A program made the position numbers and the translations under genes. From an uncultured delta proteobacterium (GTDB taxonomy: Bacteria > Desulfobacterota > Binatia > Bin18): a stretch of DNA of 64,000 nucleotides. Positions 1 to 9,205 of the stretch are shown piece by piece (positions within the stretch are counted from its first letter, which is position 1; each line of letters begins with the position of its first letter). The stretch covers positions 283,333 to 347,332 of the forward strand of contig CAVTCR010000062.1 of NCBI GenBank assembly GCA_963733195.1, read 5' to 3'. The notes under the pieces were generated by a model. That model was not told the origin of the DNA, did no database searches, and was given only the letters and a program-made list of their open reading frames with translations.

Positions 1-942
1 CCGGCAGTAAGCGGTCCGGATGCCACCTTATTTCTACGTCGTGAGCAAGGACAACTGTTTCTAGAACGCCGTGAAGAAGGACGCGGGGATAGTGCGCTGG
101 GAGTCCGATTATCCGCCAATGCGGTCAAAAGCGCACGTCCTGCCGTCTCTGGCGATGGCAGTTTTGCCGTTTTCGTCAATGCGTCCAACGATATCTGTTT
201 TATCGATACTGATGGCTCCGCCAGTGAAGACTGTCTTGGCTTTCCCGGGCAAATTAGCTCTGTGGCTATTTCACGCGACGGGTCACGTTTTGGTGTGGTT
301 CTTCTTGCTGGTGGGCAACCAGACAACCGTATTTCGGTTCTTGATGTACTATCCGGACAGGCTACAATCTACATTCTTGCTTCTCCGGCTATTGACGGAA
401 CCTCGGCGAATACGGTCAGATTCGCCGATAGCATGGATTTTACTGCCGACAATCGTGTGCTCATTTATGACGCGTTTAACGAAGTCTCACTAGCCGATGG
501 CTCGCGGTTTGGCGCCTGGAGTATCTACTCGCTCGACCTGGCAACCAACACCACACATACAGTTGTCCCGCCAACAGCAGGCATCGACATTAGCTTTCCT
601 CGCTTGAGTCGTACGAGCGACAACTTCTTGACCTTCGATGTCCGCGATCAGGCAGCCGGTCGATCAACAATCTCCGCCTGCAAACTCAGCACGGGTGTCT
701 GTACAGAGGTCGCAACCATAAACGGAGATTTTGGCGTCCCGTCGTACACCGGAGATGACAGTGCGATCATTTACTCACAACTCGACACCTCAACGCCGAC
801 CGGTGTCTCGCTGATGCGACAGCCGTTAGCCAGCGATCGTCAAACGCCCGTTGGTGCCTCAACGTTGTGGCTGAGTAACGCCGACTTCAACGTTATTTAT
901 CGTCGCGGGCTGACGCCAGCCAGCGGCTGGAGTGTACGTTAG
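1..942 (+). CDS. PD40/TolB-like beta-propeller domain protein, 5'-partial. Probably the N-terminal part of a large secreted repeat protein continuing to 1795.
   Basis: The frame is open from base 1 with no stop. WD40-like motifs of the form DGSRFGVV and SGDGSFAVFV recur. It ends immediately before an ENPAPGS repeat unit in another frame. Confidence 0.45.
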   Translation, partial: PAVSGPDATLFLRREQGQLFLERREEGRGDSALGVRLSANAVKSARPAVSGDGSFAVFVNASNDICFIDTDGSASEDCLGFPGQISSVAISRDGSRFGVVLLAGGQPDNRISVLDVLSGQATIYILASPAIDGTSANTVRFADSMDFTADNRVLIYDAFNEVSLADGSRFGAWSIYSLDLATNTTHTVVPPTAGIDISFPRLSRTSDNFLTFDVRDQAAGRSTISACKLSTGVCTEVATINGDFGVPSYTGDDSAIIYSQLDTSTPTGVSLMRQPLASDRQTPVGASTLWLSNADFNVIYRRGLTPASGWSVR

Positions 943-1159
943 AAAATCCCGCACCAGGTTCCATACAAAGCGGCATCGGCTTGATCTCGGGGTGGGTATG
1001 TAATGCGAACCGCGATCGATATCGACGTCGACGGTCGCGCCACGTTTCAAGCGGCATATGGCACAGGCCGTGACGATACCCAGCCTGATTGTGGTGACAC
1101 GAACAACGGGTTTGGACTGTTAGTTCAACTGGAACCTGCTAGGCCACGGCCCACATCGT

Positions 1160-1795
1160 GTGCGGGTGTTGGCTGACGATGTAGAGATAAAAAACTCCAC
1201 GTTTACCGTCGCCACGTTAGGTCTTGGCGAATTTCCTCGCAACTTATCTGGAGCGTTTACATTACAGAATTTTCCTCAGAACGGCGGAACAACCCGCGTG
1301 CAATGGCAAGAAGGAACGCAAAACTTTGTCATCACTAATGCGAGCGGCAATAGTCCGGGTGGAGGGAGCAACAATCCCGGCACGCAGTTAGAAAATCCCG
1401 CACCAGGATCGTTCCAGAGTGGCCTTGGCCTTATTTCCGGGTGGGTATGTAACGCCAATCGGATCGATATTGATGTCGATGGTCGTGCAACACTGCAAGC
1501 AGCATACAGAACAGGCCGCGCTGATACACAGGGAACATGTGGTGACACCAACAACGGCTACGGCTTGTTAGTCAACTGGAACCTGCTGGGAGACGGCCCC
1601 CATAGCGTGCGGGTGCTGGCCGATGGTGTTGAAGTAGGACGTTCTACCTTTACCGTTGCAACCCTTGGCCTCGGAGAATTTCCCCGTGGCTTGGGCGGGA
1701 CGTTTACACTATCAGGCTTCCCACAAGCTGGCAGGTCAACACAAATTCAGTGGCAAGAGAGTATACAGAATTTTGCGATTATCGCAGTTCAATAA
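1160..1795 (+). CDS. Secreted repeat-domain protein segment with about 130-aa tandem repeats. It is apparently frameshifted relative to 1-942, with a degenerate repeat copy at 943-1159.
   Basis: An internal about 130-aa unit (ENPAPGSFQSG..ISGWVCNANRIDIDVDGRATLQAAY..CGDTNNGYGLLVNWN..VRVLADGVEVGRSTFTVATLGLGEFPRGL..QWQESIQNF) occurs about 2.5 times. The same unit is recognisable at 943-1159 but is interrupted by stops and frame changes. Confidence 0.5.
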   Translation: MRVLADDVEIKNSTFTVATLGLGEFPRNLSGAFTLQNFPQNGGTTRVQWQEGTQNFVITNASGNSPGGGSNNPGTQLENPAPGSFQSGLGLISGWVCNANRIDIDVDGRATLQAAYRTGRADTQGTCGDTNNGYGLLVNWNLLGDGPHSVRVLADGVEVGRSTFTVATLGLGEFPRGLGGTFTLSGFPQAGRSTQIQWQESIQNFAIIAVQ

Positions 1796-1821
1796 ATACT
1801 ATCCGGAGTGGCACCTGAATA

Positions 1822-3252
1822 TCAGCCAAAGAGTCGTAAAAATATAGTCAAAATCCCCAAGAACGACAGAAACCCGCACAGATCAGTACAGGCAGTGACA
1901 AAGACATTTGACGCAACTGCCGGATCGATACCAAGCCAGCGCAGCGTAAACGGAATCACACTACCAATAAAGGCTGCGACCACAAGGTTGACGAGTAACG
2001 CCAGCATGAGGACAAAGCCGAGCAACGGTTGGCCCTTCCACAAATAGGCAATAAATCCTGCCGCGACTCCAAGGATCAGGCCATTCCCCAGTGCGACCAA
2101 CAGTTCCTTTAACAATACTCGCTTGGCGTGACTTAGATTGACCTCACCGAGCGCTAGGCCACGAACAATCACTGTCAGTGTTTGTATGCCAGCATTACCT
2201 CCCTGCGCAGCAACCATGGTCATGAACGCAGCAGCAATCGCTACAGACTGAATCGTTCCTTCAAAAAAGGAAATGACACTCGCACTCAATGTCGTCGTCA
2301 ACAGATTGAGTCCAAGCCACGGCAGACGTCGTTGGATCGATTGCCGGGGAGAGTCAAATACCGTGTCTTCTCCGCTGAGGCCCGCAAATTTGTAGATATC
2401 TTCAGTCGCTTCTTCTTCAAGTACGTCCACCACATCATCAATCGTAATGCGACCAAGAAGGATTCCTTGCGCGTCTACAACCGGAAGCGACAATAAATCA
2501 TAGCGTTTGAAGAGCTGGGCAACCTGTTCTTGATCGAGATCAACTCGGGCGGAAATCACCTGCTGATCCATCGCTTTCTCTACCGGTTCGTCCGGCTGAG
2601 CAAGGATCAGCTTTCGTAGGGGGAGGACGCCAACCAAACGCCTCGTTCCATCAACGACAAACACGTTATGAATATCGGGAACATCCTCAATATGACTGCG
2701 AATCATCTCGATCGCTTGCGTGACGGTTGTCCCTTCCGGAACTTCAACATGCTCGATCTGCATGATCCCGCCGGCGGTGTCAGCAGGATAACGTAGGAGC
2801 TGCGACATCTCGGCCGATAACTCTTGCGGAACCTGATCAAGGACAGCACGAGCTTGTTCTTCAGGCAATGAAGCAAGGAGGTCGGCAGCATCATCAGAAT
2901 CAAGTCGTTCAACGATCTCGCCGAGTGCAGCATTTGAGAGTTCTTGGCTTAATTCTTCCTGCGTCAGCGGAGAGGCAAAGCTGAAGACCTCAGAGGCCAG
3001 GTCCGGCGTAAGCGAGGTAAATATTTTCTGCTTGAGTTCCGGTTCCTCCAAGGCATCGAGCAGCTCGGCAATGTCTGCCGGATGGAGCGCCGCGACCCCG
3101 GTGCGCACGAGTTCATCCTGCCCAAGCTCAGCTTGGATCACTAGTGTTTCGAGCAGTGTTTCGCGTTCCCGTGGACTCGCTGGGGTTACTTGTGGGTTCA
3201 TATAGGTTTCCTGATTCAGTTGTGGATTACGCCGTTCATGATTCGACTTCAT
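1822..3252 (-). CDS. mgtE: Magnesium transporter MgtE
   Basis: 476 aa with an N-terminal MgtE-N region, a CBS pair (GGIMQIEHVEVPEGTTVTQAIEMIRSH) and a C-terminal 5-TM MgtE channel domain. Confidence 0.9.
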   Translation of the reverse strand: MKSNHERRNPQLNQETYMNPQVTPASPRERETLLETLVIQAELGQDELVRTGVAALHPADIAELLDALEEPELKQKIFTSLTPDLASEVFSFASPLTQEELSQELSNAALGEIVERLDSDDAADLLASLPEEQARAVLDQVPQELSAEMSQLLRYPADTAGGIMQIEHVEVPEGTTVTQAIEMIRSHIEDVPDIHNVFVVDGTRRLVGVLPLRKLILAQPDEPVEKAMDQQVISARVDLDQEQVAQLFKRYDLLSLPVVDAQGILLGRITIDDVVDVLEEEATEDIYKFAGLSGEDTVFDSPRQSIQRRLPWLGLNLLTTTLSASVISFFEGTIQSVAIAAAFMTMVAAQGGNAGIQTLTVIVRGLALGEVNLSHAKRVLLKELLVALGNGLILGVAAGFIAYLWKGQPLLGFVLMLALLVNLVVAAFIGSVIPFTLRWLGIDPAVASNVFVTACTDLCGFLSFLGILTIFLRLFG

Positions 3253-3280
3253 CCTGCAGGTAGATTCTGTCCCGAGCTTG

Positions 3281-3349
3281 TCGAAGGGCTCAGCACGAAC
3301 GGGCTGCTAACATCGCTCGTCCTGAGCGTAGCGTAGCGAAGTCGAAGGG
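3281..3349. repeat. Short dispersed hairpin repeat (CCTGAGCG-N-GAAGGGCTCAG family), 1.5 copies
   Basis: gtcgaagggctcag...cctgagcgtagcgtagcgaagtcgaagggc. A cognate copy lies at 14256-14279 (cctgagcgcagccgaagggctcag) with a 6-bp stem ctgagc/gctcag. Confidence 0.6.
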
Positions 3350-3388
3350 CAAACAAAGGGTATGTACTACCTATCTAAAATAGGATCG

Positions 3389-3589
3389 CTATAGCGCGTC
3401 TGCTTCCGGCTCATCTTCATCGACTGGAACAAGCTGCTCTTCTATAGAGACTGGGAGCCCCTTTGGCGCCTGCACGAGGGCAAGGCGGTGGCGATCTTTC
3501 GGACCGGTTCCTTCACTCACATCAACCACGACAAGACTCGCCTCATTGCGTGCCGCAATCTCATCCCACTTCGATTTCCGCATGAGCAA
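3389..3589 (-). CDS. Hypothetical small protein (66 aa)
   Basis: An ORF lying between GT39 and mgtE on the same strand. It has no recognisable motif. Confidence 0.2.
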   Translation of the reverse strand: MLMRKSKWDEIAARNEASLVVVDVSEGTGPKDRHRLALVQAPKGLPVSIEEQLVPVDEDEPEADAL

Positions 3590-3668
3590 GAAATAGGCAA
3601 CATCAGGCTTCAGTAAGTTGGCGTCATACTGTGGAATGCGTCGTTTCGAGTAGTAGAGAGCACCATTG

Positions 3669-5153
3669 TCAAAGGTCTGAAAAAAGAAGAGAGGGTGCGA
3701 GCCCTATCTGTGTCACTACACGTTCCATAAACGGACGATACGTACGCGTGGTCGCCACGGTCGGTTGGAAAACGGCATTGACCAAGAGCACGGCACTGAT
3801 TGTAAATGTTGCTAATCCGGTAAAAACCCATCCCCAGTAGCGGTGTTGAATCCCAATGATCAAAAGGCTAACTGATACGCTCGTCACTACACTCCACAAC
3901 AGGAAGGCGTTGGGATGGGTAGACACAATTCCCGTAAACATGGGGAGGTTGCTCTGGTCTCGGGGATGCAGCAGCGGACGAATAACCGCAAGGGAATCGT
4001 ACCCAAGCGCTTGGAAACCAATCGCCACAATCGTCACTCCCGCCAGTAGCAGACAGAGATACCCACTTCCTTGGATGAGACGGAAGAACAGAGCTGAGAC
4101 AACCGTACTCCCATGCCGCAGTTCCTGCCACCACGCCCCAAGGAGCAATGCGACAGCAGGATACAGGGGGAGGATGTACACTGAGCGTTTACTTTTTGCT
4201 ACAGAGTAGAAAAGGAAAACCGTCGCAATCCACACAATCAGGTAGAGATATTCTTTCTCTGCCCAGGCCCGCCGTTGATGATAGAGATACACGACAAGCG
4301 GCGGAAAGAAAAAACTCCATGGAACCATGCCAAGAAAGAGGTTGGGAAGAAAATAATAAAATGCATGCTCATGCCCTGCGTCACTGGTGAAGAAACGTAG
4401 AATGTTTTCTTTCATGATCTGTTTCATGAAAAAATCGTATCCACCTTGCCACAGTGCCAATCCATACCACGATCCAGCAATTAGCAAGACCAGCAGACCA
4501 CCCGCGACAACATGCAGTTGTCGCAAAAACACGAGCTGCTTGCGTAGAGCGAGGAAGATCACAACGGTCAGTCCTGGCAAAACTGCGCCGACCGGCCCTT
4601 TCGCTAACGTCGCGAGTCCAAGGAGCACATAGAAAAGGAAAGCCTCGCCTCGCCGAACTGTTCCTCGTCGATACAGAAAGAGGAAAAACAGAAACGCGGC
4701 CACCATACACACGGTAAGCGTCATATCGACCCGTGCAGTCGTCGCAGCTCGGCTCCACTCAAAACTCGTTGCCAGCACAACCGCTGCGACTACCCCAGCC
4801 TCAACACCCCACAGTGCAACGCCGGTGCTATAGGTCAACAGCACGCCAATGGTGGCTAGCGCTGCTGACGGAAACCGAATAGCGAACTCGTTCACTCCGC
4901 CACATGCGTAAGAGACAAGTGCCCCAAGCCAATGGAAGAGTGGTGGTTTTGAGGGAATGATATGCCCATTCCGTAGGGGCAGTATCCATTCTTGGGTCGT
5001 GTAGATCTCCCAAACAACTGTCGCTTCTCGTGGTTCGCCCTTCGTATAAAAGGGTTCATCCCCAAGCCCCCACCAGTAGAGCAGGACACATAACAAAGTG
5101 AGAGCAACACCGGTCAGAACCGCCTGCTGGCGCATACAGCATCCATAGAGCAA
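3669..5153 (-). CDS. Membrane glycosyltransferase of family GT39/GT83 (ArnT / PMT-like; dolichyl-phosphate-mannose protein mannosyltransferase fold)
   Basis: 494 aa and polytopic. The N-terminal signature is YWWGLGDEPFYTKGEPREATVVWEIY..LPLRNGHIIPSKPPLFHWLGA..NEFAIRFPSAL, typical of ArnT/PMT-like enzymes. Confidence 0.85.
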   Translation of the reverse strand: MLYGCCMRQQAVLTGVALTLLCVLLYWWGLGDEPFYTKGEPREATVVWEIYTTQEWILPLRNGHIIPSKPPLFHWLGALVSYACGGVNEFAIRFPSAALATIGVLLTYSTGVALWGVEAGVVAAVVLATSFEWSRAATTARVDMTLTVCMVAAFLFFLFLYRRGTVRRGEAFLFYVLLGLATLAKGPVGAVLPGLTVVIFLALRKQLVFLRQLHVVAGGLLVLLIAGSWYGLALWQGGYDFFMKQIMKENILRFFTSDAGHEHAFYYFLPNLFLGMVPWSFFFPPLVVYLYHQRRAWAEKEYLYLIVWIATVFLFYSVAKSKRSVYILPLYPAVALLLGAWWQELRHGSTVVSALFFRLIQGSGYLCLLLAGVTIVAIGFQALGYDSLAVIRPLLHPRDQSNLPMFTGIVSTHPNAFLLWSVVTSVSVSLLIIGIQHRYWGWVFTGLATFTISAVLLVNAVFQPTVATTRTYRPFMERVVTQIGLAPSLLFSDL

Positions 5154-5211
5154 AAGTACGATTGTGAGTTTTTAGCGGAAGTAGCACTAGGCGAACAGCC
5201 CGTTCCTATAG

Positions 5212-7065
5212 TCAGGGGACAGGGGCTATGCGCTCCGTCGGTTGAGACTGAGGCACTGGCAGCAATTCGGTTTGCTTGTTTTTCGCTGTGGTTGTTGTTG
5301 GTGGAGTTTCGTCCCCATCTTCATGTTCAACCGTTGGCGATTTTTTCTCCACAGGTAAGGCCGGCAATACAGCAATCAACGCTAACCGATGCTTCTTATC
5401 CGGCCCTTTTCCATCGCTGGCAACTAGATGTTCAAACCGTAAGTCAGATCCCGCCACAAGCGCAGGCCAATCCTCTTCCCACATCAATAAATATGATGGC
5501 GATCCATTGGTGGTATCGACCGGAAAGTCGGCAAGATTTCCCTTAAATACAGGAATGTGTCGTGCGGCATAAAAGATTGCCCCATAATCATAAACCCCAT
5601 CGTAAAAATACAACGGCGCATTCTTCACCGTTGAACGAACGCCGAGCATGAACGGCTTGTATGTTCGCTCCTGCGCCAGAAGCGGATGGAACAGCGCCTT
5701 CGTAAAGTACAGTGAGGATGAGGTAGCAACAGTCAATGCCGCAAAGACATACATCCACTGATTGTGACGTATGCCCCAGATATACCATCCGACAGCAAAG
5801 ACTAGCATGAGTAACCAAATAACGACAACCGCAAATTGCTGCTGGATACTCTCGGCCACCACAGGAAGGTTGCGTACATCACGCGGATGCAAGAACGGAG
5901 AAATCCAATGCTCAAGGTCGACCCCTAAACCATGCGCAGTCAGCAACGCAACCATCAGAACCAATCCGGTACAAATAAGTAGGGCGACAGCGCGAGCCCC
6001 TTTATCGATTACTGGCGAGAATCGTAAAGATCTGTCCACCAATTCCTGCCACCACACTCCAAGTGCCATGGCCACCGCAGGATATAAAGGTAACAGATAG
6101 TTTCCTCGCTTCCCAGAGGCAAGAGAGAAAAATACAAATCCGCCTAAAAACCATACAACTAAATACAGAAGTTTTTTCTCCTGCAAGCGCGAGCGATAGA
6201 GGAAGTACCCGACTAACGGAAAAAACAGACTCCAGGGAAACATGCCAACAAATAGAGTCGGGATATAATAGTAAAATGCATGATCACGACTGGGGCCTCC
6301 AGTTTCACTGTCGAAAAAGCGAAACACATTTTCGTCTAATACCTGTCGACGGAAAAATTCCCACCCTCCGAACCAAGAGGCAAGCAGATACCAAGAAATT
6401 GCTACACTCCCGACGATGGCCGCGCCCTTTACGAGTTGCATGCGCTTGAGAAAGGAGAGTTCCCGCGTCAGATAGAGAAAGAGCAAGACCGTGAGCCCAG
6501 GCAGTACAACTCCGAGTGGACCTTTTGCGAGAGTCGCGAACCCAATACTGAGATAAAAGATCCACAAAGTTCGCGGCTCAGTGGCACGTTCTCGCCACAG
6601 CCAGAAAAACGACATCGATGCCGCCGTCAAGAAGAAACAGAGAACGATGTCGCTGCGTGCATAGACAGCCCAGCGCATCCATTCAGGGGACGTCGTGAGA
6701 ATCAGGGCCGAAAATAACCCGACCCGCCAGTTCCACAATCGTTGGGCAAAGAAAAATGTGAGCAGGACTGTAGCCGTGGCAAAAAGTGCGGACGGAGACC
6801 GTACGGCAAATTCATTCACTTTGCCGCTGATGAGCCCAATGAATGCGCCACACCAATGGAACAATGGGGGTTTGAGTGGCAATTCGGTCCCGTTACGTTT
6901 GGGTAAGATCCATCCACCGTCGTTGAGCATTTCCCAAACGATGAGCGCTTCCTTTGATTCCTCGTAATTATAGAAGGGGATTTTACCCAACTCCCAAAAG
7001 TACAAGAGGAAACAGAGGAGGAAGAGACCGATTATGGTCTGCCGGGTTCGCTGCCACTCACTCAT
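5212..7065 (-). CDS. Second GT39/GT83 (ArnT/PMT-like) membrane glycosyltransferase, a paralog with an extra C-terminal soluble domain of about 120 aa
   Basis: 617 aa with the same N-terminal signature as the neighbour (FWELGKIPFYNYEESKEALIVWEMLNDGGWILPKRNGTELPLKPPLFHW). It lies in tandem with 3669-5153. Confidence 0.85.
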   Translation of the reverse strand: MSEWQRTRQTIIGLFLLCFLLYFWELGKIPFYNYEESKEALIVWEMLNDGGWILPKRNGTELPLKPPLFHWCGAFIGLISGKVNEFAVRSPSALFATATVLLTFFFAQRLWNWRVGLFSALILTTSPEWMRWAVYARSDIVLCFFLTAASMSFFWLWRERATEPRTLWIFYLSIGFATLAKGPLGVVLPGLTVLLFLYLTRELSFLKRMQLVKGAAIVGSVAISWYLLASWFGGWEFFRRQVLDENVFRFFDSETGGPSRDHAFYYYIPTLFVGMFPWSLFFPLVGYFLYRSRLQEKKLLYLVVWFLGGFVFFSLASGKRGNYLLPLYPAVAMALGVWWQELVDRSLRFSPVIDKGARAVALLICTGLVLMVALLTAHGLGVDLEHWISPFLHPRDVRNLPVVAESIQQQFAVVVIWLLMLVFAVGWYIWGIRHNQWMYVFAALTVATSSSLYFTKALFHPLLAQERTYKPFMLGVRSTVKNAPLYFYDGVYDYGAIFYAARHIPVFKGNLADFPVDTTNGSPSYLLMWEEDWPALVAGSDLRFEHLVASDGKGPDKKHRLALIAVLPALPVEKKSPTVEHEDGDETPPTTTTAKNKQTELLPVPQSQPTERIAPVP

Positions 7066-7167
7066 GCAGCACCTCGAACATCGTTACAGGCACCTATACG
7101 CTGCTGTTCCGCCTGTCAAACCCCTCATTCCCAATCAGCACTTCACGATTTACAATTTGCAATTGTT

Positions 7168-7524
7168 ATGCGCGCACCAGCAGTTTTGCTTAATGTCGTC
7201 ATCGCAAGCGCCCTCGGTGGGTTGTCCGGCTACATGCTCGCGCAAAAAGGGAGTCGGCAAGAAATTACAACGCTACGCCAGGAATACCAAGCAGCTCTCG
7301 TGCGTGAGCAAGAGTTACGCACACAGCTGGAATCTGCTCTCACTGCTCGGGCAGCATTGGAGCAACAATCTCAACATTTACAAACAGAACTTGCTGAACG
7401 GCTACGTCGGCTTGAGGACCTTGCAGCAAAACTCAACCCATTCCCCAATCCGCCGACAACAGAAGCTCCGGTTGACACTGGCCCAGAGGGGAAGAATGAC
7501 AACAGTCCCCCTCAAGAGGATTGA
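7168..7524 (+). CDS. Hypothetical membrane-anchored coiled-coil protein
   Basis: 118 aa. An N-terminal hydrophobic helix is followed by a heptad-like Q/E/L-rich segment and a Pro-rich tail. It is divergent from the GT39 gene. Confidence 0.4.
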   Translation: MRAPAVLLNVVIASALGGLSGYMLAQKGSRQEITTLRQEYQAALVREQELRTQLESALTARAALEQQSQHLQTELAERLRRLEDLAAKLNPFPNPPTTEAPVDTGPEGKNDNSPPQED

Positions 7525-7535
7525 TGGGGTTGGCG

Positions 7536-7793
7536 CTACTTACGTCGCAACAGACGATATTCTGAAAGCATCCGCTCTACACGTTCCTGCTCAGAGGCGT
7601 ATTTTCGCATGCCAAGAAAGAATTTGACGAGTTCATCTTCACTCGCCTCTTCTGTGGGTTGTAGCACTTTCAGCAGTTCGTCAACCAAGCTGGGGAATTT
7701 TTCGCTAGGGATATAGTAATGCGCCCAACCGAATTCGCAGTGACGATGGAGGATTTTGGCTATGGTTTTCTCCAGGCTCTCCCGTCCAGCCAT
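7536..7793 (-). CDS. Hypothetical small protein (85 aa)
   Basis: An intact ORF convergent with 7168-7524 and divergent from mutY. It has no recognisable motif. Confidence 0.3.
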   Translation of the reverse strand: MAGRESLEKTIAKILHRHCEFGWAHYYIPSEKFPSLVDELLKVLQPTEEASEDELVKFFLGMRKYASEQERVERMLSEYRLLRRK

Positions 7794-7906
7794 GAACGTT
7801 CGCCCTCCTTCAAATCTATACGCGCCGCTACCTTAGTGGCTCTGCTCCTCAGAGTCAAGGTAAAGCCCCCTTTCCTCCGGTGTTCACTTCTGTCACAACA
7901 ACCGCC

Positions 7907-8585
7907 GATGAAAAAGCCCACCGTGTCGCGCTGGCAGTTCGCTCATCCCGCAACCATTCGCGCCTTTCAGCGTCGGCTCATTGCCTGGTACCAAAAGCAT
8001 GGTCGAGATTTACCGTGGCGTCGCACGCGTGATCCATACGCCATTTTGGTTTCCGAAATCATGCTACAACAAACTCAAGTACAACGAGCAACGTTGTATT
8101 ACGAGAAATTTCTCCAACGTTATCCCACCGTTGAAGAACTCGCCCGTGCAGATGAACCAGAAGTCCGTGAAACCTGGGAAGGCCTTGGGTACTATGCCCG
8201 CGCTCGTAACTTACAGCGTACCAGTCAAAAGATTGTCAACGAATATGAAGGACGTTTTCCCAAAGACCCCACAGAGCTAGAAACGTTTCCCGGTATTGGC
8301 CCCTATACGGCTGGTGCGGTGGCAAGTTTTGCGTTCCGTAAAGACGCTGCGATCCTTGATACCAATGCTGAACGGGTATTAACGCGTTTCTTTGCGCTTG
8401 CGCCAGAGCGACAAACGTCTCGGTTCTTGTGGGACATTGCACATCGAGTGACACCGAAAGGCAAAGCGTACCTGTTCAATCAAGCGATCATGGATGTTGG
8501 AGCGACAATCTGTGTGGCACGCACGCCACGCTGCACGGCGTGTCCATTACGTTCAGTGTGTAAGAGCGTCACAACCAAGACATAA
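7907..8585 (+). CDS. mutY: A/G-specific adenine DNA glycosylase (MutY-like HhH-GPD glycosylase with a 4Fe-4S loop). It is a short form without a NUDIX-like C-terminal domain.
   Basis: Carries LIAWYQKHGRDLPWR..DPYAILVSEIMLQQTQV, the HhH-GPD motif FPGIGPYTAGAV and the Cys cluster CVARTPRCTACPLRSVC. The start was chosen at the ATG at 7907 (MKKPTVSRW). Confidence 0.8.
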
Positions 8586-8655
8586 GGCAATTGCGGTTCT
8601 TTTGTAGCACGACTCACAGTCGCTAGACTTGTTGTGACTTCAGACTATTTTTCCC

Positions 8656-8735
8656 ATTCATCATTCTGCATTCATCGTTCATCATTTCGTGTTCCTCGTT
8701 TCGTACGACTCCCAGACTCTCAGACTCCTAGACTT
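8656..8735. repeat. Two adjacent heptamer arrays: (TTCATCR)n then (AGACTCC-type)n
   Basis: ttcatcattctgcattcatcgttcatcatttcgtgttcctcgtttcgtacg followed by gactcccagactctcagactcctagactt. Confidence 0.75.
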
Positions 8736-9205
8736 TCCGCATCCTGGCCCGTTTTCATCATTTTTGCCTTTTGCCCTTTGACTTTTTTCAAAGGAAGTTG
8801 GGACTCGGTCTTCCCTCATCCCAGCTGATGGGCTTTACCTGCAGCCTACGGTTACCGCCACACGTCCTATGAGCGCTAGAGTCTCTGGGATTCGTGAAAC
8901 GGTAAGGGGTCGCGGAAAAACGCTCTGGAAAAGAACCGAGACTGGCAGGCACAGCCTGCCCTACGACGCCTCCGCATGGCTACGGAATTTCACCGTAGGG
9001 CGGGCTGCGCCCGCCATCGTATCCCCTCAGAGAGATTCTGGCTCCCACTAGAATCTCCCTGTGGAACGTCGCATCGTAAAGTGTAGGAATATTTTGCAAG
9101 CTCTGGCTTGGGTTTGTGAACTGCTCTTTCAGGCTTACAATAAGAATAGAAGCACCTTCAAAAACCACCTGAGGTTCCGATAACATCAGAGAGGGGGTAC
9201 ATAAC

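Noticed and set aside
71-493. ORF 71-493 (140 aa)
   Set aside because: It is an alternative frame overlapping the beta-propeller ORF, which is open from base 1 and has recognisable PD40-like repeats.
3253-3700. M-box (ykoK) Mg2+ riboswitch upstream of mgtE
   Set aside because: The conserved GTTAGGTGAGGC and CCGAA..GTAAGGC elements are not present. The region is occupied by the hairpin repeat.
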